Source of the DNA: Candidatus Bathyarchaeota archaeon
GTDB taxonomy: Archaea; Thermoproteota; Bathyarchaeia; Bathyarchaeales; Bathycorpusculaceae
Length of the DNA stretch: 64,000 nucleotides
Assembly (NCBI GenBank): GCA_963827165.1
Contig: CAWGZR010000010.1
Location: 320,001 to 384,000 of the forward strand
Direction: 5' to 3'
Shown here: positions 23,547 to 33,992 of the stretch, piece by piece
Layout of the letters: the number at the start of each line of letters is the position of its first letter
Position numbering within the stretch: position 1 is the first letter of the stretch
Notes under the pieces: generated by a model
What the model saw: the letters and a program-made list of their open reading frames with translations, nothing else
The model's database searches: none
What the model was told of the DNA's origin: nothing
Made by a program: the position numbers and the translations under genes

Positions 23547-23786
23547 TTAAACATGCTCTTGTAAGTTGAGTACGCTTTGACGATCCATACGAACAAAGCA
23601 TAGACATAACATTTTGCTGAACCTTATTCCTAAAGACAGCAATTTCAAACTGATGTGACTTCTCGGACATTACTGCTTCTAAACCCATTGAACTATCATA
23701 ACATCCGATTTTGGTATTTAATACTTGTGCACAAAGGCAGATACACACAGGTTGAACGTCAATGTTATACTAGTGCTGACAAGTCA

Positions 23787-25293
23787 TCAAGTTGGATTAT
23801 AGCGATAAATTGCGATGTCTCCGCTTCGGTACAATTGATGAAACGCTGGAGACACTGTTGATTGTCCATACCATCCGTGGCCATTTACCCACCAAATTAG
23901 ATATATTTGTGAGTAACCTTCATTGGCAAAAGTACTTGCAATAGTATTGGGATTATCGAATCCGTAGTCTTTGACCCGAATGTCATTGAGTGCCAACAAT
24001 GCCCAACCGTAAAAAGCTGTATGAGTAAGCAAAAGTGCGCTGCTGTTCACATTGTCTTTAAACCATTGAATCGCGTTGACTGTGCTTGGACAGTCCGTAA
24101 GCGGAACGGTATTCTGCATCATGGAAGACGGAATTTGGTTGACGAATGCGTTGATTTGTGCTGGATTAAAGTATGCGAAGGGCTGTTCGGATGCATTGAA
24201 TACAAAACCGAAACTCAATATCGCCGTTGATAAGACAAGGTACACAACTGCGATTCTTTGTAAATTTAGCCTCCAATGCGTCCAATTTAATTTCTTGAGC
24301 CAGCTCAATGCTTCCGTAGTAAAGAAAGCAAACGGATAAACAAGCATTAACTCCCAGCGGAAAGGACTTACCGATGTCGTTGGAATCAACATTAGAATGA
24401 GACTAAAGACAAACCAAGATCTAAGCTGTAGATTTCTTAGTTTCTTGAGACCTATCATTGCCAAGGGTAACAAGAGCACGAAACAAAAGAAGAAAAAACC
24501 TGCTTCATTGATCAACATTGACGGATAAGATGCAAAACCGGTCCACGTTGCAAAGGATGCCACAGAATTCGAGTAAAGCGGGGAGTTGCCAAGCGAAATA
24601 TAGCCTGTGTAAAAGACAAGAAAATAAACCGCAGCAGGCAACAAAGTCACAATTAGACTAACCGCTTGACGGTATCTCTTATGGAAAAGTTCAGGAATGA
24701 GGGTGAATATTACAATGCCTAACATTATTACAGCCCCAACCTGATCCGACAAAACCACGGCGAGCATAGCTAATGAGAGTAACACATAATTTCTCCATGA
24801 ACCGCGTTTTCGTCTTACAATTAAAATGAACACGATAAAAAGGAAAACCAAGCTAAGCTCTTCTCGAAGTTGATCCCAAGAGGTTCTTAAAGCAACAAAA
24901 TAAATTGTTCCTAAAAAGGCGACAAACGTGCTCTTGAGATACGACCAACGCAAACTTGTCTTGGCAAAAGCAAAAATCGATATTGACAAGAAAGCGAGAA
25001 GTATTGGAGAAATTATCTTAATTAAAAGAACCGGTGAGCCGCTTGCACTGACTAATGGCACATAGATGGCGTAGAAGAGCGGTGCTGTTGCAAAGAAGCT
25101 CCAGAGATTAACGCCGTGATGTAGCCATAGAAGAGCTATTCGGAACATAATACCCGATCGTGTCGAATCCGACTGAGTAAGGGCCCATTAAAATCTCGGG
25201 AATAATTCTGACAATCAAGGGAGCAGCAAATGCAAGCAAAGGGAATATAACATGCTCGATGATTATTTATCCAATCTTTTGTTGAATTAGCAA
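23787..25293 (-). CDS. polytopic membrane protein, N-terminus frameshifted
   Basis: 453-aa hydrophobic ORF 23787-25148 plus upstream in-register coding (MGPYSVGFDT). Confidence 0.6.
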
Positions 25294-25426
25294 CCCTAGT
25301 CACTTTTTATTCTCCAAGTGCCCAAAGTACAGATATATACATATTAAACTTTGATTGCGAACCTAAATGTTTTGCGCAATCAAATTAAGAGATAATTTTT
25401 TCAAGAGATCTTAAGACAATTTAGGA

Positions 25427-26923
25427 TCAATTGTTCGGATTGTTCAATATGTAGTAAAGGGCGGCATCAAGAATCAAGCTATTCGTGTCGCTGCCAGGGT
25501 TCCCAGCGTCTAAATTCCGCCTGTATCCATGCCGTCATAGTAGCCGTTTGTTGGTGTAGGGAGGGCTTGCTCGAGAGCGATAACCATGTTTAGGGCGTAT
25601 GTTGTGTTGTAGAGGGCTAGAAAGCCAAAGGCTGCTTTGTAGAATATAACTGGGTTCATTCCGTCGAAATAGAATTGGGTTGCGTTCGTTATTTGCCATG
25701 TGCTCCCATTTGGTGCAACTATCCACTCGTACACGTAGCCGTTACCTGGGCTGCTTCCTTCGCTCCAAGCCGCATAATGACCCTGTAGCATCGTAATAAT
25801 GCTTCTTGGGCCTGGATACACATTCTTTCATTAGACCCGTTAATCTAGTGTCGTTATTATTAGTTCAAAAACTGATAAGAGAAGCGGTTCACAAGTCAAT
25901 GGCGCGTACGGGCAATGTGACATCGTAGGTTGAAACTGTTGCGAGATTTAACTAGGTTAGCCATTATCTGGCTTGGAATATTGCCAAGTTGCTTGGGCCA
26001 AAAGCTTGCAAAACCGCTGGCGGTATAAAATGCGTAAGGATCATTTGAGCTTGCCATGTTTTCGATTATTGGCAACAAAGAAGCATAGTTTGATCGTTCC
26101 GTGATCAGAACAATGTTGTCTACACGCTGGGTCAAACTAGAATTATAAACTCTAAGATTGTTGAGTGCTACAAGCAGCTTTCCCGTGTCAACAACATCAA
26201 CGCTGTTTGAGGCGTAAGTTGAATTTTCCTGGTAGCCTTGCCCATTGGTTGCGTCGTAGAACCAGAAAGGCCAATTAGTGGTGGCGTTAAGAGGTCGATT
26301 TTCCAAGAATGTTAAGACCATGTTCATCCTGTTAGAAAAATCCCAAGTTCCGTTGCAATTATACCTATTTCCTGCGCGTCAATGACAGCTTGGATGTAGG
26401 CGCCTAAATCCCAGTCAGTAAAAGCTGGAAAACCCGTTCCTCCAGCATAAGGCAGCCCAGTTTTGCTATCGACACCTACGCCCGGCTGGAAGAAAGCCCA
26501 AGCTCTTTGAGCGACTTCTTTCCAAACGGTGCTGTTCATTGAACCTGCGCTTTCCACTATTCCCGGGGGCCTAACTGGAATTTTTATTTGTGTTGGGGAT
26601 GGGCTTATTCCAGGTATTAATCCCCCTATGTTGGGCAACGGAGAGCCTTCGATTTTCGGATGAGGGGTTGGCGATGGCGTGGGTGAGTTGGTACTTTTTG
26701 GAAGAACGACGTTTGCTTTGTCGTTGTCTGCCCATGATAGGAACGCAAAAGATGAAATCAAAATTATAGCTATTATCGCCAGCGCAAGGACAATTCGTCT
26801 TTTATGATTGATGTGCCAATTAACCGTTCTTGCGAAACCTTTTTTCGGCTCTGCCTCAAGAGATGCCTCTAAAGAAACATGTATACGCTGAAGAATAGAG
26901 TTAAATTTTGTTTTGTTTGCCAA
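25427..26923 (-). CDS. membrane-anchored DUF3131-like glycoside hydrolase-family protein, several frameshifts
   Basis: TM helix and P/T/S linker, then AQRAWAFF...TGLP...TDWDLGAYI...DTGKLLVAL...GYYDG...DTNSLILDAALY. Confidence 0.65.
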
Positions 26924-27219
26924 TTTTTAATTCATCACGACAAGATTCTGCTGTTTTTGGTAAGTTATAACTCCCTTCATGAGCAAACCACATTGCATGG
27001 GCAGCCAATGGCATTGTAGGGTTCACGTTTAATTTAAGATTATAGGTGGAAAATGGTTTTTGTTCTACATTATTTTCAATTGAATTCGCTTATTTTGATG
27101 TATCTTAAGCGTGCGGTTTGGTCAGACTTGGGGTTATGAAGCTACTGTGCGATTAAGGGTTTTTCAATCATCAGCCGAGTCTTTTTAGATTAAACTTAAT
27201 ATTACAAATAAAATATTTC

Positions 27220-27344
27220 ACCGACAACTTTTCAGATTTCCTTTACTGGTGTTGACTTTTTCCGGACTTGATTAGACTCAACCTGCAATGAGTCCAAGCC
27301 CCGAACCAAGAAAGCAACTCAAAACACAAACAAAAACTTTCTGC
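27220..27344 (+). repeat. dispersed element copy 1: degenerate GAC array + core
   Basis: Core ACTCAACCTGCAA..CCAAGCCCC..AAAGCAACTCAAAACACAAACAAAAA at 27276-27344; GAC at 27254/27265/27275. Confidence 0.75.
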
Positions 27345-27470
27345 ACCAAAAAATCTTGAAGCGCAGCAAAAAAGGACTTTTGTCGGTTTTCTTTGATTTC
27401 CATTTAGCAATTGGAATGCTTTCACTTTTTAGGTTATTGTAGATTTTTAGGTTTCTGTCAGTTTTGATGG

Positions 27471-27640
27471 GGGACTTTAGTGGACTTTAATGGACGGTAA
27501 AGGACGGCTATGGACTTTAAAGGACGGTAAAGCACGGTAAAGGACGGTAAACGACTTTAGTAGACTTTAAAGGACGGATGTTGAAGACAATTCAAGCTTA
27601 TCCACAAAAAAGCAACCCAAAACACAAAGAAAAAATTTGC
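27471..27640 (+). repeat. dispersed element copy 2: 11 x 10-bp units (nnGAC(TT/GG)TAA) + core
   Basis: gggactttag tggactttaa tggacggtaa aggacggcta ... aggacggatg, then TTCAAG..AAAAAAGCAACCCAAAACACAAAGAAAAAA. Confidence 0.9.
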
Positions 27641-27660
27641 CACACCTCTGCAAACTGCGA

Positions 27661-28287
27661 CTAGGGCTCAGCCATGAACTCGATGAAGTCTTTTAGGCTT
27701 CTGGGCTGCAGGGTGTAGTTAGTTTTTCTTTCCTGCCCGATTGTTGAGGAAGCTGTTGCGCCGTAATCGTGTCCAGGGTAAACTTCGACAGCGTCGTCTA
27801 GTTTTAGGAGCTTGCCAAAGAGGCTGTTGTACATGCTTTTTGAGCTGCCGCCGGGGAAGTCTGTTCTTCCGCATTCGCCGACAAACAGGGTGTCGCCGGT
27901 CAGAAGTTTTGTGCTATCCACCAGCAGGCAGATGCTGTCGGCGGTATGTCCAGGAGTATAAATCACACTGATAGGGATCTCGCCAACCCTCAAAATGTCT
28001 CCATCTTCAACGCCGACATCAAAGTTGACTTTCGACAGCTTGTAGGCAACGATTTTAGGGTGAAACATCGAGGTTAACTCTGCGTTTCCAGCGGTGTGGT
28101 CGGAGTGCCCGTGCGTGTTTATGACGTATTTTAAGTTGAATTCTTTTGTCTCCAGAACCTTGATGATTTCGCCGGCGTTAAAACTTGAATCAACAACCGC
28201 CGCTTCCTTCGTTGCCTCGTCTGCCACTATGTAGGAGAAGTTGTCGCTGTGCTGCTGGATTTGTTTGAAAAACATTTTTGCAACCAA
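27661..28287 (-). CDS. MBL-fold metallohydrolase (glyoxalase II-like)
   Basis: THGHSDH, TPGHT, TGDTLF, YPGH motifs. Confidence 0.9.
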   Translation of the reverse strand: MVAKMFFKQIQQHSDNFSYIVADEATKEAAVVDSSFNAGEIIKVLETKEFNLKYVINTHGHSDHTAGNAELTSMFHPKIVAYKLSKVNFDVGVEDGDILRVGEIPISVIYTPGHTADSICLLVDSTKLLTGDTLFVGECGRTDFPGGSSKSMYNSLFGKLLKLDDAVEVYPGHDYGATASSTIGQERKTNYTLQPRSLKDFIEFMAEP

Positions 28288-28330
28288 AAAAAGAATCAGA
28301 CAAGAGGCTTTTGTTCTTTTCGTTCAAGTT

Positions 28331-29083
28331 CTAAGAAGTCTGCGATAGCAAACTCGAAAGAGAGATCACATCCGAAGGAGGATAACCCGAATAGTATTTC
28401 CCGAAATAGCCAAAAACCTCCGTTTCCCGGCTCAGAAATGGCTTCAACCTGTCCGCCAAAACCGTTAGATTCGGCAACGTGTCGGTTTCGATTTTTCCCA
28501 GCAGCCCGTTAACTTTTTTTCGGTCCCCTTCCAACCGCACGTACAAAAAATCCGAGGTCACCTCTGCGGCCAGAGGCATATTGGGGCTATCAACCCATGC
28601 TAAAGCCGCTTTGTTAGCTCGCAGTAGAGCGTACAAATCCATGGTTAGCCAAGCTTTGTTTCTCACTTCGACGACGTAACGGTTTCTTTGGGGAAGTCTC
28701 TGTAGGTACGTAGCTAAGTCATTTATGCGGTCGACGCTGAAGTTTGGTGGAAACTGCATAAGCAGGCATCCGAGTTTTTCGCCGAGGAGTTTTGCCCTTT
28801 CGAGAAAAAAGTCGGTTTCTCTTATGCAGTCCCTGAGCATTTTGATGTGGGTGATGACGTTTGGGAATTTGAGTGAGAACTTGAAGTTTTCGGGGGTTTG
28901 ATTTTTCCAGTTGATGATCGCCTGCGCGGTTGGGACTCGGTAAAATGTGTTGTCAACTTCCACGGTGTCAAATCGGGTCGAGTAGTAAGTTAAGAAGTCT
29001 TTTGACGCGGTTTTTTCTGGGTAGAAATTGCCTTTCCAAAAGTTGTAGCTCCAGCCGATTGTGCCTAAATGGAGGTTTTGCAT
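28331..29083 (-). CDS. DUF72 (YecE-like) protein
   Basis: GTIGWSY, TVEVDNTFY, LMQFPP, VEVRN, YVRL motifs. Confidence 0.9.
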   Translation of the reverse strand: MQNLHLGTIGWSYNFWKGNFYPEKTASKDFLTYYSTRFDTVEVDNTFYRVPTAQAIINWKNQTPENFKFSLKFPNVITHIKMLRDCIRETDFFLERAKLLGEKLGCLLMQFPPNFSVDRINDLATYLQRLPQRNRYVVEVRNKAWLTMDLYALLRANKAALAWVDSPNMPLAAEVTSDFLYVRLEGDRKKVNGLLGKIETDTLPNLTVLADRLKPFLSRETEVFGYFGKYYSGYPPSDVISLSSLLSQTS

Positions 29084-29084
29084 G

Positions 29085-30515
29085 TTAGACTTTTCCTTTT
29101 AGGAGCAGCCAAGCGTTGTCTTCTTTAGCGTTTTTAAGCCGCACCAAAATGTAGCGACCCTTCATCTTTTGCCCGTTGAGGGTGACTTCGATTTTTTCTT
29201 TTTCCCAAAGTTTAGGTTCAAAATAGCCTTTGTCCCATATTTGGACTGTTCCAGCGCCATATTGCCCTTTGGGAATTGTGCCTTCGAAGCGCGCGTAATC
29301 GTAAGGGTGGTCTTCAGTCTGCACCGCCAGACGACGTTCACCGCTGATCATTGGGATGCCTTTGGGTACAGCCCAGCTCTTCAGAACTCCGCCGCTTTCC
29401 AGCCTTAGGTCATAATGGAGTGCTCTTGCATGATGTTCCTGGACAACGAAAATTAGTTTCCCTTCTTCTTTTTTCTCGTCACCTGTCGGCTCAGGTGTCT
29501 CTTCAAAATGACGTTTTGCCGAATACTCAGAAAGTTTTTCGTCGGATGCTGCGCATTTTGTGTTTTCCGTTATTTGGTCAAGCGAGCATTGTTTGGGGTC
29601 TTTATCCTCTCTTAAACTTTTGAAACGTGGCATTCTTAACCTCATCTCTCTTGTCACACATTGATAGATGACTTCGCACACAAAATGAGGCTCAAGCCAA
29701 GTCACCCTATCCGCCATTTCAACTGCAAACGGAGCAGCGGAAACGGTTTTGAGTTTTTCAAACTTATCTATCAACTCTTTAAGCATATCATCGCTGAACC
29801 CAGTTCCGACGTTACCTACATAAACTGGTTTACCATCTGCGCCATAGAGACCGAGTACCAAAGAGCCGAAGGTTTTTTCTCTGGATTTTTCTCCTCGTCG
29901 GTAACCAAAAACAACGCAGTCACAGGTTTTCAGCTCCTTGATTTTTAGCCAACTTCCGGTTCGCAAGCCTTCCTCGTATTGGCTATCTTTTCTCTTCGCC
30001 ATTACACCTTCCAAACCTTTGTCCACAACCAGTCGGAAGTAGGCTTCCCCTTTTTCCTCGATGAAGTCAGACAACAAAACGTTTCTTCCTTCGACGAGAG
30101 ATTCCTGCAAGATTTTTTTGCGTTCCAAAAGCGGCAACTTCGTGAGAGGTTTCCCGTCTTTCTCAATCACGTCAAAAACGATGTAAGTTGCTGGTTCCTG
30201 TTCCTGTCGCCGCTCGATTTCTTTCTGTGAAACTGCTTTGCCGCGCTCCAGCAACGCTTGGAAGTCGGGTTTTCCCTCATGCATCACCACGATTTCGCCG
30301 TCAACCACTAGGTTCCTACCTAAATGTGTGAGTTCTTCGAGTTCAGGAAAGTTGTATTTTAGTTCCTTTTCGTTACGACTCTTCACACTTAAGCTTTGGT
30401 TGATGTAGCTGATGGCTCGAAACCCGTCCCATTTTATTTCGAAAACCCAATCTTTATCTGAGAAGGCGCCCGGGGCGTCTTTTGCAAGCATTGGCCGGTA
30501 GACGTGGCCGCTCAT
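29085..30515 (-). CDS. ligD: NHEJ ATP-dependent DNA ligase fused to a C-terminal 3'-phosphoesterase (LigD LIG-PE)
   Basis: EIKWDGFR, EGVMAKR, LRMPRF (ligase); FVVQEHHARALHYDLRLE, SWAVPKG, EDHP, GQYGAG (phosphoesterase). Confidence 0.92.
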   Translation of the reverse strand: MSGHVYRPMLAKDAPGAFSDKDWVFEIKWDGFRAISYINQSLSVKSRNEKELKYNFPELEELTHLGRNLVVDGEIVVMHEGKPDFQALLERGKAVSQKEIERRQEQEPATYIVFDVIEKDGKPLTKLPLLERKKILQESLVEGRNVLLSDFIEEKGEAYFRLVVDKGLEGVMAKRKDSQYEEGLRTGSWLKIKELKTCDCVVFGYRRGEKSREKTFGSLVLGLYGADGKPVYVGNVGTGFSDDMLKELIDKFEKLKTVSAAPFAVEMADRVTWLEPHFVCEVIYQCVTREMRLRMPRFKSLREDKDPKQCSLDQITENTKCAASDEKLSEYSAKRHFEETPEPTGDEKKEEGKLIFVVQEHHARALHYDLRLESGGVLKSWAVPKGIPMISGERRLAVQTEDHPYDYARFEGTIPKGQYGAGTVQIWDKGYFEPKLWEKEKIEVTLNGQKMKGRYILVRLKNAKEDNAWLLLKGKV

Positions 30516-31373
30516 TTCTTTTCCAGCTGCTTAACCGTCTCACGCAATGCAACCATCAAGCTTTTAGCTTCGACTTCCTGAGGCTTTTCGATATGGATTT
30601 TTTCGCCTTTCACTTTCTGGGCGATTAATTCTTCAATCCGTTTCATGTATGAGTCCTGGAACTCTGCGATGTTGAATTCGCCTGAGAGTTCACTTACGAT
30701 TTTTATCGCCATGTCTAATTCTGCTTTTTCGGGTTCCTTAAGCTTATGAAGGTCCTCGAAGTCCTTGGGATCAACAACATCGTAGGCATAACGGAGTGTT
30801 GTGATTACGAGCGCGCCCTGGTAGGCGTGGAGCAGAGCAGGGGTATTCTTTTGTCCGCAGAGTTATTCGTCCCGCGCCAGCCTTGTTTTTCTTTTCGAGC
30901 GCCCGCAAAAGAAGCGTGTAGGCTTCTTTGCTTTTCTTTGGCAGAAGAGCATAGCTTTTGTCGAAGTAGATTGGGTCAACTGAGAAGTAGTCTACGAATT
31001 TGCTGATTCGGATTCGGTTGTCTGATTCGGGTTTAGCTGCGTCTAATTCGGCTTTGTCAAGGGTTATCCACTCATCTTTAGAGACCTCGTAGCCTCGGAT
31101 AACCTCGTTCCAGGGGACAATTTTGTCGTCTTTCGTGCACATTTTAACGTATTTGAGGGGTTGACCATCGGTTTTATGGAGAAAATGAAACGCTATGCCT
31201 TTGTCGTATATCATCGAGTATAACTGAACAGGAACGTTAACCAAACCAATTGTTATGCTGCCCGACCAGATGGATCTTCTCGGAGCCGCAGCGCTGACTT
31301 TCCCAATTGATTTCTCATCCATTTCAGAAGTGGCTTCATCAACATCATCTTTTTCTTGATTTTCCTGTGCCAT
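30512..31373 (-). CDS. ku: Ku protein, frameshift near 30840
   Basis: RSIWSGSITIGLVNVPV, RGYEV, YFDKSY; C-terminal FQDSY..SLMVALRET in ORF 30512-30712. Confidence 0.9.
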
Positions 31374-31375
31374 AC

Positions 31376-32251
31376 CTAAATCTCCAGATTACACTTTTTC
31401 TCAAAAATATTTTTCCACGGATCTTCTTTCCGTTTGACTACATTAAAAATATTGTAGTCGGAGGGGTTTATGCCTTTCTTAACTTCGCTCCATTCCAAAG
31501 GCGTCGAAACCGTGGCTTCAGGTGTCGGTCGCAGACTGTAAGGAACAACCATCGTACGCATAGGTGAATTCTGTAGGTAATCAGCGAAAACTTTGCCTGG
31601 TTTTTTTGTGTCTTTGAATTCGGAAACTACTATCTCGTTTTCCCTGGCCAATTCGATTCCGATTTCGTGGACGAAAGCCCTTGCTTCCTTGAAGTCATGT
31701 TCGGGAACAATCGGGATGACGACATGGAGCCCTTTTTTGCCTGAGGTTTTTACGAATGGCGTTAGCCCTAAGTCAATAAGTTTGTCTTTGAGCTGCAGCG
31801 AAACCTCCGCTGCGTCGCTAAGAGTTGCCGGGGGCTCGGGGTCAACGTCGAAAAACAGCATATCAGGCTTATCTAAATCATCGATCATCGAGAAAGGCAT
31901 ATGAATTTCCAGTGTCGCTAAGTTTGCGAGCCAGATTAACGTGTCTAAATCGTTGCATACAATGTAGTGAACATCTCGTTTCGACGCTGAAGAGTAAATG
32001 GTTTTTGTTTTGACCCATTGAGGCGTTCCCATGGGCGCGTTTTTTTCGAAAAAACCGTATTTTTCCCCTTTTATACCATCAGGGTACCTCGTTAAAACGA
32101 GAGGTCTATCCTTCATGAGTGGAAGCATTTTGGGCGCCATTCTAATGTAGTATTCAATAAACTGCCCCTTGGAAACCTGAGCTTCTGGAAAGAGGATTTT
32201 GTCCAGATTCGTAAGATTAACTTTGGTTAACTGTTTGAGGTCTTCCATCAT
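31376..32251 (-). CDS. NHEJ primase-polymerase (stand-alone LigD POL domain)
   Basis: TNLDKILFP, RYPDG, FFEKNAP, FDVDP, KTSGKKGLH, DYLQN, PYSLR motifs. Confidence 0.92.
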   Translation of the reverse strand: MMEDLKQLTKVNLTNLDKILFPEAQVSKGQFIEYYIRMAPKMLPLMKDRPLVLTRYPDGIKGEKYGFFEKNAPMGTPQWVKTKTIYSSASKRDVHYIVCNDLDTLIWLANLATLEIHMPFSMIDDLDKPDMLFFDVDPEPPATLSDAAEVSLQLKDKLIDLGLTPFVKTSGKKGLHVVIPIVPEHDFKEARAFVHEIGIELARENEIVVSEFKDTKKPGKVFADYLQNSPMRTMVVPYSLRPTPEATVSTPLEWSEVKKGINPSDYNIFNVVKRKEDPWKNIFEKKCNLEI

Positions 32252-32528
32252 AAATTTGCTCCAAAAGCAATAAAGCTGAAAGCACCGCGCTTCCAAATAA
32301 AGTAATGCGGATCTAGTCTTTTTCCTTTTTGGATATCTTGGAGCAAACTATTGTTTCATTTCGCGCGAGTTGTCCCTGAGAAAATAGTTTTTTTTATAGT
32401 TATGCCTATATACCCAGCCATATACTAAATATGAATGTCTGAATTAATAGAGAAAAAGTAAATTTTACCACTAAACTTTGCTTTTTTCGAGTTAATTCGC
32501 TAAACAAAAAAGGAAGGAAAATAAAAGT

Positions 32529-33158
32529 TTGAAATCAAGAAAGCCCACGCTGGAAGATCAGCTTGCCTTCATCTCTGCGCAGCATGGCGTTTACCCGACT
32601 GAACTGTTCCAATCTTTAGTTCAAGCGAAAGAACAGGGGAAATCGACGGCTGAAGATTTAACAATTGAGTATCGGGGAAGCGTAGGCGACCAAGCCATCT
32701 TCCTCATCAAGAAAGAGGGCAATGTTGTTGCTCAATTCCGAGTTCCAGAGGAGACACTTTCGAAAGCGGATGTCTCATTCGACAGTTCGATGGATACAAG
32801 CAGGGTTCGAAAAGAGATTGCGAGGCAAACGCCGACGCCGGCCCACGTTAAGATTGAGGATTTGCGGGTAGGCATGAAAAAGGTGAATGTGGTTGCTGAG
32901 GTTTTGGAGACTGCTAAACCGTCGAAAGTTCACACTCAATTTAGGGATAACGCACTTGTCTCAAACGCCACAATCGGGGATGAAACTGGAAAAATCCTGC
33001 TTTGCCTTTGGGATCAACAGGTCAACGCGGTTTCAACAGGGGAATACATTGAAGTAGCTAATGCGCACGTCGCCAGTTTTAAGGGTGAAAGGCAACTGCG
33101 TCTTGGAAAAAACGGAAAAATCACAAAGTTGGAAAACATCGCAAGCAAAACGGCTTAG
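32529..33158 (+). CDS. OB-fold single-stranded nucleic acid-binding protein (SSB/RPA-like) with N-terminal extension
   Basis: KIEDLRVGMKKVNV, IGDETGKI..LWD, FKGERQLRLGK motifs. Confidence 0.8.
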   Translation: MKSRKPTLEDQLAFISAQHGVYPTELFQSLVQAKEQGKSTAEDLTIEYRGSVGDQAIFLIKKEGNVVAQFRVPEETLSKADVSFDSSMDTSRVRKEIARQTPTPAHVKIEDLRVGMKKVNVVAEVLETAKPSKVHTQFRDNALVSNATIGDETGKILLCLWDQQVNAVSTGEYIEVANAHVASFKGERQLRLGKNGKITKLENIASKTA

Positions 33159-33340
33159 AAAACTTAAGCCGCCCAAACAAACCATTTTTTTAGAGGGTAC
33201 TGGTTTTTAGAATGGAAAACGTTCAGAAAGTTGTTTTAGCGCTCATTTCCAAGTTATTTGCATCGTCATTTTTTCGCCGTTCTAGAAGCAGTCTATTAAA
33301 TGCTAGCTTGCGTTGATGATTTGGTGAAAATCTTCTCATT

Positions 33341-33480
33341 TTGTAAAGAAATGTCAATTTATGTCAAATCAAGTCATTTCGTGTCAATTAACGTCAAATT
33401 GTGTCAAAAAAAGTATCAACCTGCAACTAATTCAAGCTTCTCCACTAAAAAGCAACCTAAAACGCAAAAGAAAAAAATCT
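33341..33480 (+). repeat. dispersed element copy 3: 6-8 x 10-bp units (nnGTCAnnnn) + core
   Basis: atgtcaattt atgtcaaatc aagtcatttc gtgtcaatta acgtcaaatt gtgtcaaaaa, then TCAACCTGCAA..TTCAAG..AAAAAGCAACCTAAAACGC. Confidence 0.85.
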
Positions 33481-33539
33481 CGTTTCAGAAACCATCGACT
33501 TGCACTTCCTACAGGCTTCTCTGCCGATATTTTCCGGCG

Positions 33540-33636
33540 ACTATTATAGCATAAAATAGCATATTATACCATCCAGTTGCAACCAAGACGCTCCAGTCAA
33601 AGAAAGCAACCCAAAAAACACCCAAAAAATTCTGCA
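33540..33636 (+). repeat. dispersed element copy 4: 3 x 10-bp units + core
   Basis: ctattatagc ataaaatagc atattatacc, then GTTGCAACC..AAAGCAACCCAAAAAACAC..TTCTGCAG. Confidence 0.7.
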
Positions 33637-33700
33637 GAAAAAACACAAAACCCCAACTAACTCGCACTTTCTTTGCCAACTGTTAACGAGCATTGGATTT

Positions 33701-33811
33701 CAGATATTTATAGAGATTTATGGAAATTCTGGGAGATTTAGGGATATTTTAACTCAACCTGCAACCAGTCCAAGGCCCAAACCAAAAAAGTAACCCAAAA
33801 ACAACTTTTTC
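33701..33811 (+). repeat. dispersed element copy 5: 5 x 10-bp units (nnGAnATTTA) + core
   Basis: cagatattta tagagattta tggaaattct gggagattta gggatatttt, then ACTCAACCTGCAACCAGTCCAAG..AAAAAAGTAACCCAAAA. Confidence 0.85.
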
Positions 33812-33992
33812 AAAACGCGAAGCAACAACTATTGCTCGATCAAAGACGTCAGCAAAATATCAAGGGCAAACAGGCACTTTAAAGATAGATAAGTCTATTT
33901 AATAAAAAATCATTCATTTGGACTATTTGAAAAAAGAAAATAAAGGCCAAAATGGCCTAAAGATGGGTCGCGATTTTAGTTGTTGATGCTTT

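Noticed and set aside
27471-27580. Decamer arrays as CRISPR arrays
   Set aside because: No identical 24-47 bp repeats with unique spacers, and no cas genes in the window.
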